Source: the human T2T-CHM13v2.0 reference genome, Homo sapiens. From it: DNA of 64,000 bases. The position numbers were made by a program, and so were the translations under genes. Under the pieces are notes generated by a model, which was not told the origin of the DNA, ran no database searches, and saw nothing but the letters and a program-made list of their open reading frames with translations. Positions within the stretch are counted from its first letter, which is position 1; the number at the start of each line of letters is the position of its first letter. Shown piece by piece: positions 40,647 through 56,654 of this stretch. The stretch is taken from NCBI RefSeq assembly GCF_009914755.1, contig NC_060928.1. One strand, given 5' to 3'.

Positions 40647-41739
40647 TATTAAAATTTGAAGGAGATTACAATCAATTTTTGTCTAATAGAGCTATTAAAA
40701 TTAAAATTTTAGTAACCAATAAATATGAATTTAAATTTGAGTGATGCTTCCTATAACTAAGACTAATTAAATAAATTGTTAATTACTTAAATTACTTGAT
40801 TCCAGACAAGAGTTTATGTAAAATTAAAGCAGACTCTCCAGTGATGGAAAAACATAGGCTAGCAAAAGAGAATGTTTTTATATATACATATAATGATTTT
40901 ATATCTATGCATACACACACACAGTCACTTTTGTGTGTATACCTGTGTGTTTATATTTACGTGTATAATACACATACATATAAAAGCAAATACATGTACC
41001 TATATCCTGATGTTTTAGAAATAAAGACTTTTTGTGACTATAATCTAAGATCATCATCATCTCATAATGGTTTTCTGAAGTTATCTTCAAATATATTTAA
41101 CACTTGAGAAAGTGATTTTTTTGTGTATGTCTGGATATGCTACTAGAATAATATCCATTAAGAACCAAGATTATCACTACTTGAAACTTTAGCTAAATTG
41201 AAATCTTTCAAAGGAATTAATATAATAGCCTGACAGTTTAGGTTATAATATGATGATACATTTTTTGATAGATGTTCAGAATGTCAAAAAAAATTCTTCC
41301 TCATCTCCTATGTAACCGGTTAAAATCACAGTGAGAACTTGTGTACTTCGCATGGCCAAAAGAGAAAAGCCAAAGCTTCACATTGTTATCAGCACACAGT
41401 GATTAGTATAAGGGGCAAAGAAGAGTATACATAACTGAGTCTTGTCAACTAAAAGCTTTCTAAGTGTCCTATATCATAGAATTTCCAGGAAAAAAATGTT
41501 TCACTGGTGCCTTTTTGTATTACAATTTGAAAAATGTTAAACAGAAGAAAAATGATGCAGTTAAAGGCATCTGAAGCAGCAAGAAAAACGTAAGATGTTT
41601 AAACCAGAAATATAATTTAGAAAGAGCAATTTTGATTGAATGGGAAGCATAGTTTACTATTTTAAATATATAAATACAATCAGGAGTTATGGGTTCCACT
41701 GATACTTCCTCTAAGGGTTACCTTTCTATGCATTGATTC

Positions 41740-43547
<1,808 letters not shown>

Positions 43548-45002
43548 GTTGACAATAATAGTTTTAAAACACTTTTGAAGTTTGAAGGAGAAACATTCTT
43601 CCCTGAAATTTCAACAATAACAACAAAATAATGTACAGCTGCCCTTCTCGAGGTGAGTAAGTCCTACCAGCTAAGTAATACACACACACACACACAAACA
43701 CACACATATCTATATAATAATAATACCTCTCTAGGTAGCTTGGTTCCAAAATGGCTAAACTGATTTGATGGTATAGCAAATACATGTAACTTTGCAAGAA
43801 GTATATACTCTATTATCTATATTACATACACCTCATAGCTGGAATATAGTGATACTTAGATTCATTGCAAATATGAAAAGGCATTTATTCCACATCAGCC
43901 TGATTACAAATAGGTCAATCAAGTAGTATTTAGATAGAATGAAACTTTCAGAGCATAGACAACAGATTGATGAAGAATTTATATAAATATGTTAACAGAC
44001 ACAAATACAATGTACTTTTAATTAGCAAAAGATTAGTAAATTTGAAATATTAAGTTGGTCAAATGATCTGATTTTGAAACTAGATGAGATTCTATATTAA
44101 CTTACTCTCAAAATGTTCCTCTTTTAATATAATCTTTTGCTAAGGGAGATCCAATATGTTTTTTATTAAAATTCTAGATTTAAGGTTTTTAATCAAATTG
44201 CAAGTTTCTCACCAGAGAATTTGTAAATGTACAGAATTCTAAGCATGGATCACAAAGAATATACACAGAAACATGCAACTAGGTGATGTCTTGTTCAATG
44301 TTGGCGCGATGCTTTCTGTTGGCTCACAGAGGATTTTGCTCCACTGATTTGACGGCAGGTTGGTCTAGGTCACATTTTAACAAGTTTCATATCTGCTAAC
44401 AGACATGTTATCATTCTCTAGAGCTTTCTTCTCTGCACAGCATTTTCCAGGCTGTGTGTGTGTATAGAATGCTACTCCTTTATAATGCTGAGTATTCAAT
44501 AAGCAAGGTCACTTTTAAAAGTAGTCCCTTTCGTATTGATAGAGCTGTCTCCTCTAGCTTGTTTCTCTTAAAATATTGGCTAATGGATGACTACAGGTGA
44601 TTTTTAAAGTAAGAGGATTAGTCAGGGATTAAAGCGCCATAGCTTCCCTCACTTGTGTGAGAAGATGTCAGTCTGATTTGTGATGGATGGTCTCATATAA
44701 GTTTAGGAGCCTCTCTCTTTTTTCATATGCAGCATCTTTGGCCACATGGGAAATAAAATCAATATATGAGGGTACGATGTGTAGCATAGGTCTATTAGAA
44801 TAACTTGTTGACTCAATAGTTTTAAAATAGTCTCTTTGTAACAAATGCCACAAAGCAATACAAACAAAAGTGTAATTGTCTAGTCTTCAGAATGGCAGAC
44901 AGGTGGCTGGTAAACCTCTATGTGGTTTGAGGGTGGAGTGGGAAGACAGTTCAGCTAGTTCAACTCATCAGAGGAGTCATTTAGGGAGATTTCTTAATGG
45001 GG

Positions 45003-45441
45003 TATTATCAGTGAATTGTATCTTCCCAAAGTACATGTCAAAGTACTAACCCTGGTAGCTCATAAGATGACCTTATTTGGAAATTACATCATTTCAGATT
45101 AGAAAAGGTAAGATGAATGGAGTAGGGTGGGCTCCTATATCAGTGTGGCTAGCATCTTTATGAGGGATAATGAGAAAAGGCATGGTGACAATGCCATGTG
45201 AAGATGGAGGCAGAGGTTGGAGGGTTGCATCTACAAACCTAGGAATGCCAAAGATTGTCAGCCATCACCACAAGCTTGAAGAGTGGCGTGAAACAGAGTC
45301 CACCTCGGAACCCTCAGAAGGAACTATCCCTGCTGACACCTTGATTTCTCACTTCCAGCCTTCAGGACAGAATACATTTATGTTGTTTTAAGCCACTCCA
45401 TTTGTGGTACTCTGTTATAGCAGTTCCAGGAAACTAACACA
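45003..45441 (+). mobile_element. MLT1C-like MaLR LTR
   Basis: GACCTTATTTGGAAAT...GCCATGTGAAGATGGAGGCAGAG...CCTGCTGACACCTTGATTT...GGAAACTAACACA. Confidence 0.85.
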
Positions 45442-48400
45442 TGAGGATTCTGAGAGGATTATCATGTTCTAAAATGTGAAAACAGAAATGAGATGCATAA
45501 TTTATTAAACCAACCTGCAATTAAGTTATTAATATATACCTTTTTGTATAGATGAGCAGTGAGAGGCATATGAAGATACTCTCCTCCAAAGACCTCCCAT
45601 GGTACAATCTAGATTAAACTTCAGAAGCACTGACCATTTTTGGACTTGTATTCACATATATTGCAACAAAATTTATATAAAGAAAAATATGGTACAAACA
45701 GGCCATGGCAACCCTTAAGCCATCTTCAAATTCATTAAGTGATAGAATATTTGGCCTCCTTAGGCTGAGAAGAGAAATAAGTGTTGAGAAAAATAGTCAA
45801 AATTTGATTTGAATGGACACTCTCTAGGCCTTTTACAGCCTACAAGAACCAAAATAAAAGTGTGAGACTAACATTCTATTATTCAAAAGTGATAGATAAT
45901 GAGAAATATGTTCTTTTTTCAGAGATATGTGTAATGTCACATATGAATGCTTCAAAAAGTTATCAGCCAGCAAGGTGGCCAGAGTTGGAAGAACTGCTTC
46001 TCTTAGAACAGCTTTTACCTTTACCCATTAAAGTGACTTTTTCCTGACCAGTGCATGGATGAAGAACACATTTTGAGGAAATGGGAGTGAAAAAATATTC
46101 AGAAAACAGAAATCTATTTATTGAAAAATGCAAAATTAGAACATAACTTTTGAATTGGGAAATGTTTTGATTCTCTCATTAGCATGATGATTTACTTAAA
46201 AAAAATTTAAATGAATAAATAAATTACTTGGTTGACTCCACTAGTCTTTTTCTATTGCATTTTTCTTTGTTGTTTAGTGATTTAATTTTCCTAAGGTCAT
46301 TCTAGAAAGATGGTATATATTATGAATAATTATTTAAATCACCAGTGTTTCTTCATATTAGAGTTGGCTTTTCATTTAGTTTTACTTTAAGGACTTTCAT
46401 GAAGAAAATCTCACAGTCCCATGGAAATACAATGTCAGGACTTTTTTGATACAAATATCTTACAGAAATATGAATGCCTCATTTCAAAATACCTCACATG
46501 CTAAATATTGTAAAATATGTTGTCTTGGAATGGTTAACTACGGATGGGAAGATAATTTTGAGATAATACGGTTCATCCCCTTTACATTTTAGATATGTGG
46601 GGATAAAAGAGGAATTCATGCAAACTAATATATTTTGATTACCCATGATGTTGCAGGCTGTGGTCCAGGAAATTTACTCATATGATACCAAGTAATCCAT
46701 AATATAAGATTAATTATCTCTAATTTATAAATGTATGAGCTGAAATTCAGATAAGTTAAGTGACATATCGAAGGCATGAAGAAAGTAGTGGCAAATTGTA
46801 CAGTTTCCTATTTCTCCATACTATGAGCATTGCAAACACTTAAAAAATATATAAAAGTAAAAAAATCCTGGTTTACAAGAAAAAAACCTTTTTATCACTT
46901 ATCTTTTACCTAGATGCCATCTTATAGCTATTTAAGTAGTTGTCAGCATAGTGATTTTATAGTTTTTATTTTCCGCTTTCCAGGCATTTTCCATTCAAAT
47001 AAATTTATTTTCATATTTCATATAATTATAATTTTTAATTTATGCATGTTTACCTTATATCCATATATAATACTTTTTCTACCTATACTACTAAAATGAG
47101 ATAGTTTATTTTATATTTTCTTTTATTTAAAAAGACATTTCATATACGTACTAGTATAAAGTTTCTTTACAGTAATTTTTATGTCTATCATGTCAAAAAT
47201 ATCTGGATTTATATTTTTTCCAAAATGCTAATACTAATTTTCAGAGCTAGGAGTAAACTCATTTTGCTAAAAATTTGTGGGCCTTTGATATTCATAGTTT
47301 AGAAATATATATATTTCAAATTTCTAAGAATAAAATTTCATTTCTTAATTAAATTCTTGATTATAGAATTGTTTAACTTGCATTTTTCCTGGTTAATTTT
47401 TTTCTATTTTTTTGTTTATTTACTAGGCACTTAAAGTTTTTCTGACAATGTAATATATGCTAATTGCAGTACAATTATTTTATATTATCTATGATAGTAA
47501 CATAATTCTAAAAATTATCTTATTAGATAGGCATTATTTTCTGTATATTATCTCAAACTGAGATGTAATGCTATAGCCTGCATTTGAAGATGATTGTGTG
47601 ATGTCAAATCCTGTTATATTCTCTACTCTAAAGCCTCTGTACTTATTTATGTAAATCAAATATAAAGGCTGACCTTGAGAATCTCAGAGATCCCTGAGAA
47701 ATTTATACATATAGTTATCTATTCTCCAAACACTGAGTGTTACTAATAAATATTCTAGGCAGTCCAAAACAATAGTAATTTTAGATTGTAATTTTATGGT
47801 AATATTAACCCTGTTTTGTTGTGCCAGGAGAAATTTTTGAAGTTAACTTTAAATTACTGTCTAAGGAAATGTACTGTGGTCCTGACAGGAGAACTAGCAG
47901 TAGTGTGTGCCCTGCATATTTGTAACCGACAATGCCTATGGCTTCATTTAGGTTTGATTCATCAGTCATGTCATCTTCTGAAAGCACTAGAAATAGTGGC
48001 AAAGCTGGAGTGCCTTTTGACGTCCTTTCACACTTCCATAAGATTATTGTACATCCATTAACTCAAACGACAAAGGAAATGCCATCTAAGTTGAGTGAAT
48101 GGATGCTAGGACTCTAAAAGCCCTACTGTCTCAGGTGAAGGGGCAAATGTGCAGCCTTGGGGGATGGAAATGTCTGAGATTCTATCTATGTAGTTACATG
48201 TGATGCACATTATCTTTACAGATTTATGGGAAAGAGGATCATCAACCACCAAATAACATGATATATATAACCAGACCTTGGAGTTGACCCGTATTATTCT
48301 TCATCTGTTTTTTACTGATGGTCTCCGACTTATAATAAATATCAGTTGCCTAAGAGTGTGAAGTCACAATGGAGCCAGGACAAAAAAGGTCTCTAAGGAA

Positions 48401-48586
48401 GGGCATGCTTGGAAGAACATGGGAAAGCTGTCAGAATTCTGACTGTGACATTACAGCTGAGTTGGTAGAAGCGAGAGTATAGGTTAGAACTCATTTTTGT
48501 GTAAAACCAACTCTGGAAGAACTAAAATGAAAATGAAAATAAGAAAAGATAGGATATTTGATGTCAAAGAACCTAATAAATAATCT

Positions 48587-48938
48587 TGATATGGTTTGGC
48601 TCTGTGTCCCCACCCAACCTCATCTTGATTTGTAATCCCCATGTGTCAAGGGAGGGGGCGACTGGATCATGGGGGTGGGTTCCTCCATGCTGTTCTCCTG
48701 ATAGTGAGTGAGTTCTCACGAGATCTGATGGTTTTATGAGTATTTGGAAGTTCCTCCTTCGGCCTTCTCTCTCACCTGCCACCATGTAAAACGTCACTGC
48801 TTCCCCTTCTACCACGATTGTAAGTTTTCTGAGGCCTCCTCAGCCATATGAAACTGTGAGCCAATTAAACCTCTTTCCTTTATAAATTACTCAGTCTTAG
48901 GGAAGTTCTTTATAGCAGTGTGAGGAAAGACTAATATA
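48587..48938 (+). mobile_element. THE1C/D-like MaLR solo LTR
   Basis: TGATATGGTTTGGCTCTGTGTCCCCACCCAA...TTTATAGCAGTGTGAGGAAAGACTAATATA; flanks AATCT/AATGT. Confidence 0.92.
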
Positions 48939-49698
48939 AATGTCAAAAGCAGACATACATGAAATAAATAGAAGTGACAGAGGCATACATGAAATAAATA
49001 GAAGTGACAGAGGAGAAATGCACTGAATATTTGTAGTCTCTTTGGGTGAAATAAACCAAAAGCCCATGGAGCAAAGGGAAGAATTTGGAAACAACCTGTA
49101 TTATACAGACCAGTCTGTTTCAAAGGTAGTTCATGGCTCACCTTTGGAGCTAGTTAAAAATTCAGAATTCAGGGTCCCCTTCATTAGATTTACTACATTT
49201 GAATTAATAAAGATGAAGACTGAGAATCTAGATTTGAAGCAAACTCATTGTTGATTCTTACTGGGATCTCTTGTGACAGACCAAGGTCTCAATGTCTCCT
49301 TGGCTCAATCATTTTCTCCTGCTTTCACCTTCTTCCTTTGAACTAGAATTCACTGTCTTCTCCATTCCACAGCATTTGTAAAAGAAGACATTGATGCAAT
49401 CTCCTCTAGGTTCATAAAGATAAGAAGTTCCAGAGATTTGTGCATAAAGTGAAGTTATCTGATAGACAATGTATATAATATAAATCAGCCAGTGTCTACT
49501 AAAAGAGAAAAAGGTGTCTTCGTAGAGGTTATATATAGCTTACATGTTCACAGGATTATCACTTAGGACATTGAAAATTAGTAGATGGGATAGCAGCAAT
49601 TAGTTTTAGCAGGGAATGAATTAAATGTAATTTCTGAGTAAAATTGAAGTAAATTTTCCCTTTCCCTTTGATAAATCTGGAGTCAAAGAGCATTAATA

Positions 49699-50059
<361 letters not shown>

Positions 50060-51107
50060 TTATTAAACTGGGATCCAGAAATAAGACTTGCAAGTAAATT
50101 GTAAACAAAAGTCTCATCTTTACAGAGAGGATTGGAGCTAAGTCCTTTGACTAAAATTCAACAATACTCAGAGGCATCACAAAAGTTCTTATCAGTGTCT
50201 CTATTCTGCAACTCACAATTTCTTTTTTCAAAATAGTTTTTGGGAAAAGTTTTACACTTAGTTTTCTTTCTATATATAGAAAATAAATTATAAAATAATA
50301 TTTGCAGAAATATAGAGTACTGCTTTGAGGTTAGATTTTTATTGGTAGCCAGGACTTAGTTTTGAGTTCTTTTTGGGTAACATAGCAACTAGCAAACAAA
50401 AAAATACAACTAAAATTCAACAGTCAGTATGTATTGATATTTATATGAATTAAAAAATTGATGGGTAACATCAGTCAGTTATATGATAATAATACTTACA
50501 ACAAACACTTTTCAGCAACTATTCTAAGCAATTAACATGCAATAACTTAATGTACTAAAATGTATAGTAAGATTTCTGTTAATTACTTGACAAGTTGAAA
50601 TTATTATTTAATTGAGATACCTTTGGATCTCAAAATCCAAAACAAAACAAAACAAAATAACCCAGCAAATACACGAAGCCACAATAGATAGTGGCTGTAT
50701 TAAGGGAATTAATTGTCAACGAGGGAGAATTGTGCTTGTTGTGACTGCAGACTTTTGTGTAACCTTTCTCTTCTGGGCTTGCTAGATGTGAGGAATGCAC
50801 TAGCAAGTTTATGACACAGACACTTAAGCTTTCAGAATTGAAAAAAGATGCAACTTGGCCAACTACTCCAAACTCTTCATGTATTTTTGTATAACAGTGA
50901 TTACCTACTGTTTCTTTTGATCACCTTTACTTATAGGAAGTTTTAAAAACATTCATAATTAAAATATCTGATACAACTAGATAAGAGCAGTGCATCATCA
51001 CCATCTTCCCAAGCATAACATGAAAACATGGAAACTGAAAATGGCATCCTTAACTACCTTTCCTCTAGATTGGAAGGCAAACAGAAGGTAGAAGGACTGA
51101 TTCATAT

Positions 51108-51810
51108 TGGAGTTGTAGTTAAGCATTCAAACTTCACAAAAAAGTACCAGGCTTCGAATTGTGGCTCTTCCATTTAGTAGCTGGCTGATTTTGTGAAAAA
51201 TACTTATTCTATCTCTATTTCTTCATTTATAAAATGAAGATATGCTGGTTAATATGTGTCAACTTGGCTAGGCTATGGTACCCATGTTTGGTTAAATACC
51301 AATCTAGATGCTGCTGTGAAGGTGTTTTTCTTTTTTTAGATGTGATTAACATTTAAATCAGTAAACTGAGTAAAGCAGATTATTTTTCATAATGTGGATG
51401 AATGTCATCCAGTCAGTTGGAGGTTTCCTCTTTCTTGAAGAAGTAGTAATTCTACTTCAAGAATTTAACTTTTGAAGTAATCGAAGTAATTCTACTCAAA
51501 GACTGTAACATATAAACCTTGCCTAATTTCCAGCCTGCAGATTTCAGACTCCCGACTGTACCATCAATGCTTACCTGAATTTCCAGCCCGCCCTCCTGTT
51601 TTACAAATTTCTGACATTCAGGTTCCACAATAGGGAGATCCAATTTCTTAAAGGTAAAATATAGAACCCTCCGCAACCTCATTATTTTATATATGAAATG
51701 TGGTAATTATATCTAGCACATAGAATTGTTGTAAGGATTAAATTATTAAGAAGTAAAATGCTTAGAGTGAGGTCTTGTGCAAAAGTAATGTCTCTGTTAG
51801 TTAATATTTT
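51108..51810 (+). mobile_element. MIR split by an MLT2 LTR (pieces ~51108-51240 and ~51690-51810)
   Basis: TTCGAATTGTGGCTCTTCCATTTAGTAGCTG...TTCTTCATTTATAAAATG, then CATAGAATTGTTGTAAGGATTAAAT...AAAATGCTTAGA. Confidence 0.65.
51241..51680 (+). mobile_element. MLT2D-like (ERV-L) LTR
   Basis: TGGTTAATATGTGTCAACTTGGCTAGGCTATGGTACCCA...TCTAGATGCTGCTGTGAAGGT...AGTAAAGCAGATTA. Confidence 0.8.
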
Positions 51811-54447
51811 ATTTATCTCTCTCCAGCATTAAGCACTGTGTCTTGCATAAAATAGATGCTCCATGAATATGAGTTGAACTAAAGTTTTATATATGAATCC
51901 TTCTTGACCTAACCAATTTTCACTTTATCCTTAAAATTTGACAACTAATATTTACAAGTCCATTCCTTATGAGAATTTGCTGCCATTTGAAAGTAATAGA
52001 TGATGACAAAGTCCAAATATTTGGATACTTTATTCGTGCTATGGTAGGAAAAAAAGAACAGAAGCTTTCAAATTATATAGATATAGAATGAAATTTTAGT
52101 AACTCCCTTAGAGAAATATGACTCTGAGGAAGTAACATGAAGTCTCTATTTTCTCATCTCCAAAATTGTTATCATGATAAATATCTCATAGTGGTGCCTT
52201 TGTGAAGGACTTGGTCTACCTTAGTCACCCAAATTGGCAATGTTATATTAATTTTTATTTATGAATTCCCAGTTTATCCTAAATTGGTTTGCACCAACAG
52301 AGAGCAATTAAATCTGATTGCATGATCAGATCATTCAGAATCCCTTGTTTTTACTAGCCCTAACCATGTAAATAGATTTTCCAGGGAGCATTAGGTGATG
52401 TGTACGTATCCCAAATATTTTCTACTAATAACAGTAGGTGATTTGGTAATTAGAAATACCAGCTTCACATTATAGAAACAAAGCACTATTTTTAAAAAGT
52501 AATTTGGCCTTTGGCTCAAACAACCTGCTGAATGTTTTACTGATCACTCATTGACATGCATTTTTAAGCAGACTTTTGGTACAAATGCTCCTCAAATACT
52601 CTAACTTTACATTAAAGAAGTATCCCACCTTTTAATTGAAAAAATCGATGCACTTTTCAATGATTTTATTAATGAAACATCTTTAGTAGTATTGTGAACT
52701 GATTTTATGAAGATGGAACATTCAAGCATTTTAACAGAGCAGAAAAATATTCCACGAGACTCATTGCCTCATTGAGCACTTACATTTGCATAGTACTTTG
52801 CATCTATTAAGAGCTTGGTGATCACTTTTATTAGTTAGCATTGAGTAAGGTCAATATTATTTCTTGCATTTTCCAGAGAAAATATTTGAATGCAGAGAAA
52901 TAAAGTGATTTCAGCCATGTAAGTAAGCAAGTGGTGATTTGTGAATTCCATTGTCAGTTTAAAATATATTGTCAAATTATGGTACTCACTTAAATTGGCA
53001 ACCAAATGTTTGTGGTAGTCTCACAAAGAAAAAATGGGGGAAAATGCCTGAAGATCACTTAAAACTCCCCTGTTATAGTGCTACTTTTATTTAGAGGGAA
53101 ATATAATTTAAAAAAAACTACAGCTAAAACTCTTAAATATGCTACAGTAATATATTTATTAGATCTTTTGCCTCTTAGCACACAGTTCATGCTTGAGATG
53201 TTCTAGAGCCACTAGGATATTAAAAAGTAGGAGGAGAAATTAGAAACTCCAGTGATTGATTTAGGAATGAACTGTAGAGCATGTTGTTAGATGCACATTC
53301 CAAAGTTAAAACAAAAAAACAAAAAAACATTTAATTACTGTGTTTTGTTCTAAACTCTAGTGAAATCTACTTGCTAAACAAAACATTCAAAATTTGCTTT
53401 TGAAAGGAGTGAGAAAGTGATTAGCTAGAGATTAGTTTTGGTGAGGATCATAAAAAAGTATAAAATTTCAAGGAAAAACAAATAATCCCAAAGAATATTT
53501 CCTGATTAAAAAATAAATAATTTAGTATAATGCAACACAGCTACAGATTTTATAAGTAACAGACTTTACAAATATTATCAAAACTCAGTAGCAGAATACA
53601 GAAGTTACTTAGTATTCACTGTGACAGCAATGCAGTCTTCTCTAAATTATCTAAGATTGTGCTAACTCACTCATAATTTGGAGACTTGTGCTGTCAGAAG
53701 GAAATATGTAGGCAATAGGTAAGTAAAATTATTATTAAAATGAATTAAGTGAGTTAATGTACATAGGCACATGTAGTAAATGACAGTATTATAATCATCT
53801 TTATTTTATCTTACAATCTTACTTACTTAACTATTCACCATTTGTTTTGCAAGTGTATTGCTAATATTCTAGGTTACTATAAACACTGAAATGATAGTTT
53901 ATTAGTGGAAATGATATGGCACAGAAAAAGCAAGGCATCCTTTAAAGTCAAATTATCACCATGATTTTCATTTTAGTCTACTTAATTCTCCTTTTCCTTT
54001 AGATCTAGATTTAATCTTCTAGGATGCAGAGATTGGTAGTCCCTATCCCCACTTTCATATATCCCAGATAAACACTGGAGTAGAAGAAAGGGTGAGAAAA
54101 CTGAAGACTCATCTTTGCTCTGTCAGAAAATAATTGACCGACCTTTGGCAAATCAATTAATTCACTGAAAATTCATTTTCCCAATTTGCAATGTGGAAAT
54201 AATAATAATATATTCCCTGTGTCTCAAAGACTGTTCTATAAAATTCATAGTATTTTAGAAATGGACAAATATCCAAGCTCCATATCTAACATCTAAGAAC
54301 ATCAGTGGCACACTCAGCTAAGGAGATGGAATCCATCAGTTTTGTTTTGTTTTTGTTTTTTTTTCTGTGGATTTTCAGATATCCACCTATCCTAGCATTT
54401 TTTTTCTTTAGGGAGAAGTAAAGTGATTTTAGAAATATATATATGTA

Positions 54448-54482
54448 TGTGTGTGTGTGTGTGTGTGTGCGTGTGTGTGTGT
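54448..54482. repeat. (TG)n microsatellite
   Basis: TG run with one GC interruption. Confidence 0.9.
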
Positions 54483-54669
54483 TTGCTAAAAGTTCTTTTT
54501 TTAATATCACTCAAACTATCAAAGATTTATATAATCCCCATTGTTAAATACTAATGTTTTAATCTGGTGTCATATCTGCTGATGTTTAGAGATAAGGCTA
54601 AAAAGGAAAACGGAGAAAAAATAATTATTATTTAAAAATATTAAACAAAAATATATTTGTGTTAGATAT

Positions 54670-55400
54670 TTTTTACTGGAGACAAAAATATCCTATTGTA
54701 TGACTTTAAACAGGAAAATGGTAGAATTAGATTTTCATGTATCGCTTGGAGGAAAAATTACAAACGGGCTAGAGGAAAGTCAAAAGAATGTTCCATTAAT
54801 TCCATAAGAAGTAATAGTGGCTTAATGCAGGTCATTGTCAAGGAATTTGGAGAAAATAAAGTAATATTTAAAAGACAGGGAAGAGGTAGATTTGACCATA
54901 CTTACTGATTGGCTGGCTATGGATTGTAAGAGTGAGGAAATAGTCAAAAATAATACTCAGATTTCTGATTTAGGTAACTGATAGTATTTTTCATAGAATA
55001 GTGGGCTAGAAGATCAGGTTTGGAAGGAAGTAGAGTTAATGCATCCAGTTTGGACTTGTGTAGTTTGAGATACCCATAGCATATAAAGAATACATATATG
55101 TATATATACACACTCACACACACACACAGTTGAAGATTAAGAGAGAGATTTGGACTGGATGTAAGAATTGGGGATTATAATCTTATGGAGAATATCTTCA
55201 GCCTTAATGGTGGAGATTCATTCAATGTATTATCTACTGTGTGATGAGTCCTGATTAAGATTTTGGCTTCATTATAGTAGAAAAACAAAATGTAAATGTT
55301 GTTTCTGCTCTCATGATTCTACCTTATTACCAGGGGTTAGCATGTATACTAAGAGAAAAAGGCTGGAAGCAGGATTATGGGAACATCAAAATTTCAATAC
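54670..55400 (-). mobile_element. L2 relic
   Basis: Purine-rich antisense L2 texture (AGTCAAAAATAATACTCAGATTTCTG, CAGTTTGGACTTGTGTAGTTTGAGATACC). Confidence 0.55.
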
Positions 55401-55439
55401 AATTAGGATAAAATCAATAACAATAGAAAGTTATCTGAC

Positions 55440-55940
55440 TGTGAGGAATAGAGAAGTTCTTCTTCAAAGTTTCTTGAAACCATAAAGAGCTTGTCATTTC
55501 CTTGCTCTATGTATATCTATATCTATATGTTCTAATGCAGCTGCTCTAACTTCCCCCGGCACACCTGGACAGGACTAAAGCCCCTGACCACAGTGCATGC
55601 CATTCCTTATTTGGAAACCCTTCTGGCCATCTCATGACTAGCTTCCTCTTTGCTTTGTCCTCTTTCTCTTTTGCCTATTTGGGAAATTTCCAAGCTGTTA
55701 ACCAATTGGGTCAAGCTTAGAATGTGAGGTCCCATTCTGACCAATGGAAATAGGACACTGCCATAGGGCGATTGCATCAGGTTATGTAAGTTATAAATGT
55801 CCCTGTCTCCTTTGTTTGGCGTGCTCTCGTGGTGAGACTGTTGGTGAGTTGTACCCTTTCTGCAGAAAGTAAATTAGCCTTGCTGAGTGATCATTGCCTT
55901 GGTGTGGATTCTTACTGATGTCATAAACCCATTTCCAACA
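55440..55940 (+). mobile_element. ERV1 solo LTR, LTR10 (HERV-I)-family-like
   Basis: TG...CA termini with perfect 5-bp TSD CTGAC; CCAAT boxes, TATAAAT, and ACCCTTTCTGCAGAAAGTAAA..GCCTTGCTGAG as in LTR10 R/U5. Confidence 0.8.
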
Positions 55941-56319
55941 CTGACATATTATTTTTACTCTGTGTACTTTTCACTTTCTATTTGAATTGAAAGTAATTAT
56001 TTCATTATTGTTTTTGTATGAAAGTTCAGAGGTCGTGTTAATTCACTACTTTAAAAAAACTATTCATTTTTTAACAAGTATTATGGAGTGCCTCCAACTT
56101 TCATTTTAGATATTGTCCTTGGTATTGAGGATACAAAGATGACTAAAACATATCTGTGCTAGGAACAAGCAAAGCTCTTCCTCTTTGAAATTATACAATC
56201 AGTTGCATTTTTTTCTATCATTATAGGGATTTTGGTTGTAGAAAAAAAAGATCACATATGAGCGATTTAAATGACCAGAGTTATGACAATAAAGCAGAAC
56301 ATTTCTGAAAAATAAAGGA

Positions 56320-56654
56320 GGCCTGAGATGGTCATTATTGCTATTTCACCTGTTTTCTGATTCTCTCCCTATGGGGTAGGCACATGGCAGGATTACTCAA
56401 CCTTACTCCTCTTTAAGTGAGACGCAATTATGTGATATGATTTGGCCAACGAAATGTGAGCCTTGAAGTATTAACCCACAATTTAGCATACTCTGTTCCT
56501 TTTACCAATGTTCCAGATAGTGAGGATCCCATCACTTTAGGTCTCCAAGTCAGACTCTCCTGCTGACTCAAGATGTTTAGCATGAGATAAACAAGCTTTT
56601 GTTGTTTCAAACTTCTAAGTCTGTGGGAGTTGCTCATCTATCCTGATGGATGTA
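56320..56654 (+). mobile_element. Old MLT1 (J/K-like) MaLR LTR
   Basis: ATGTGATATGATTTGGCCAACGAAATGTGAG...AGCATGAGATAAACAAGCTTTTGTTGTTT...TATCCTGA. Confidence 0.6.
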
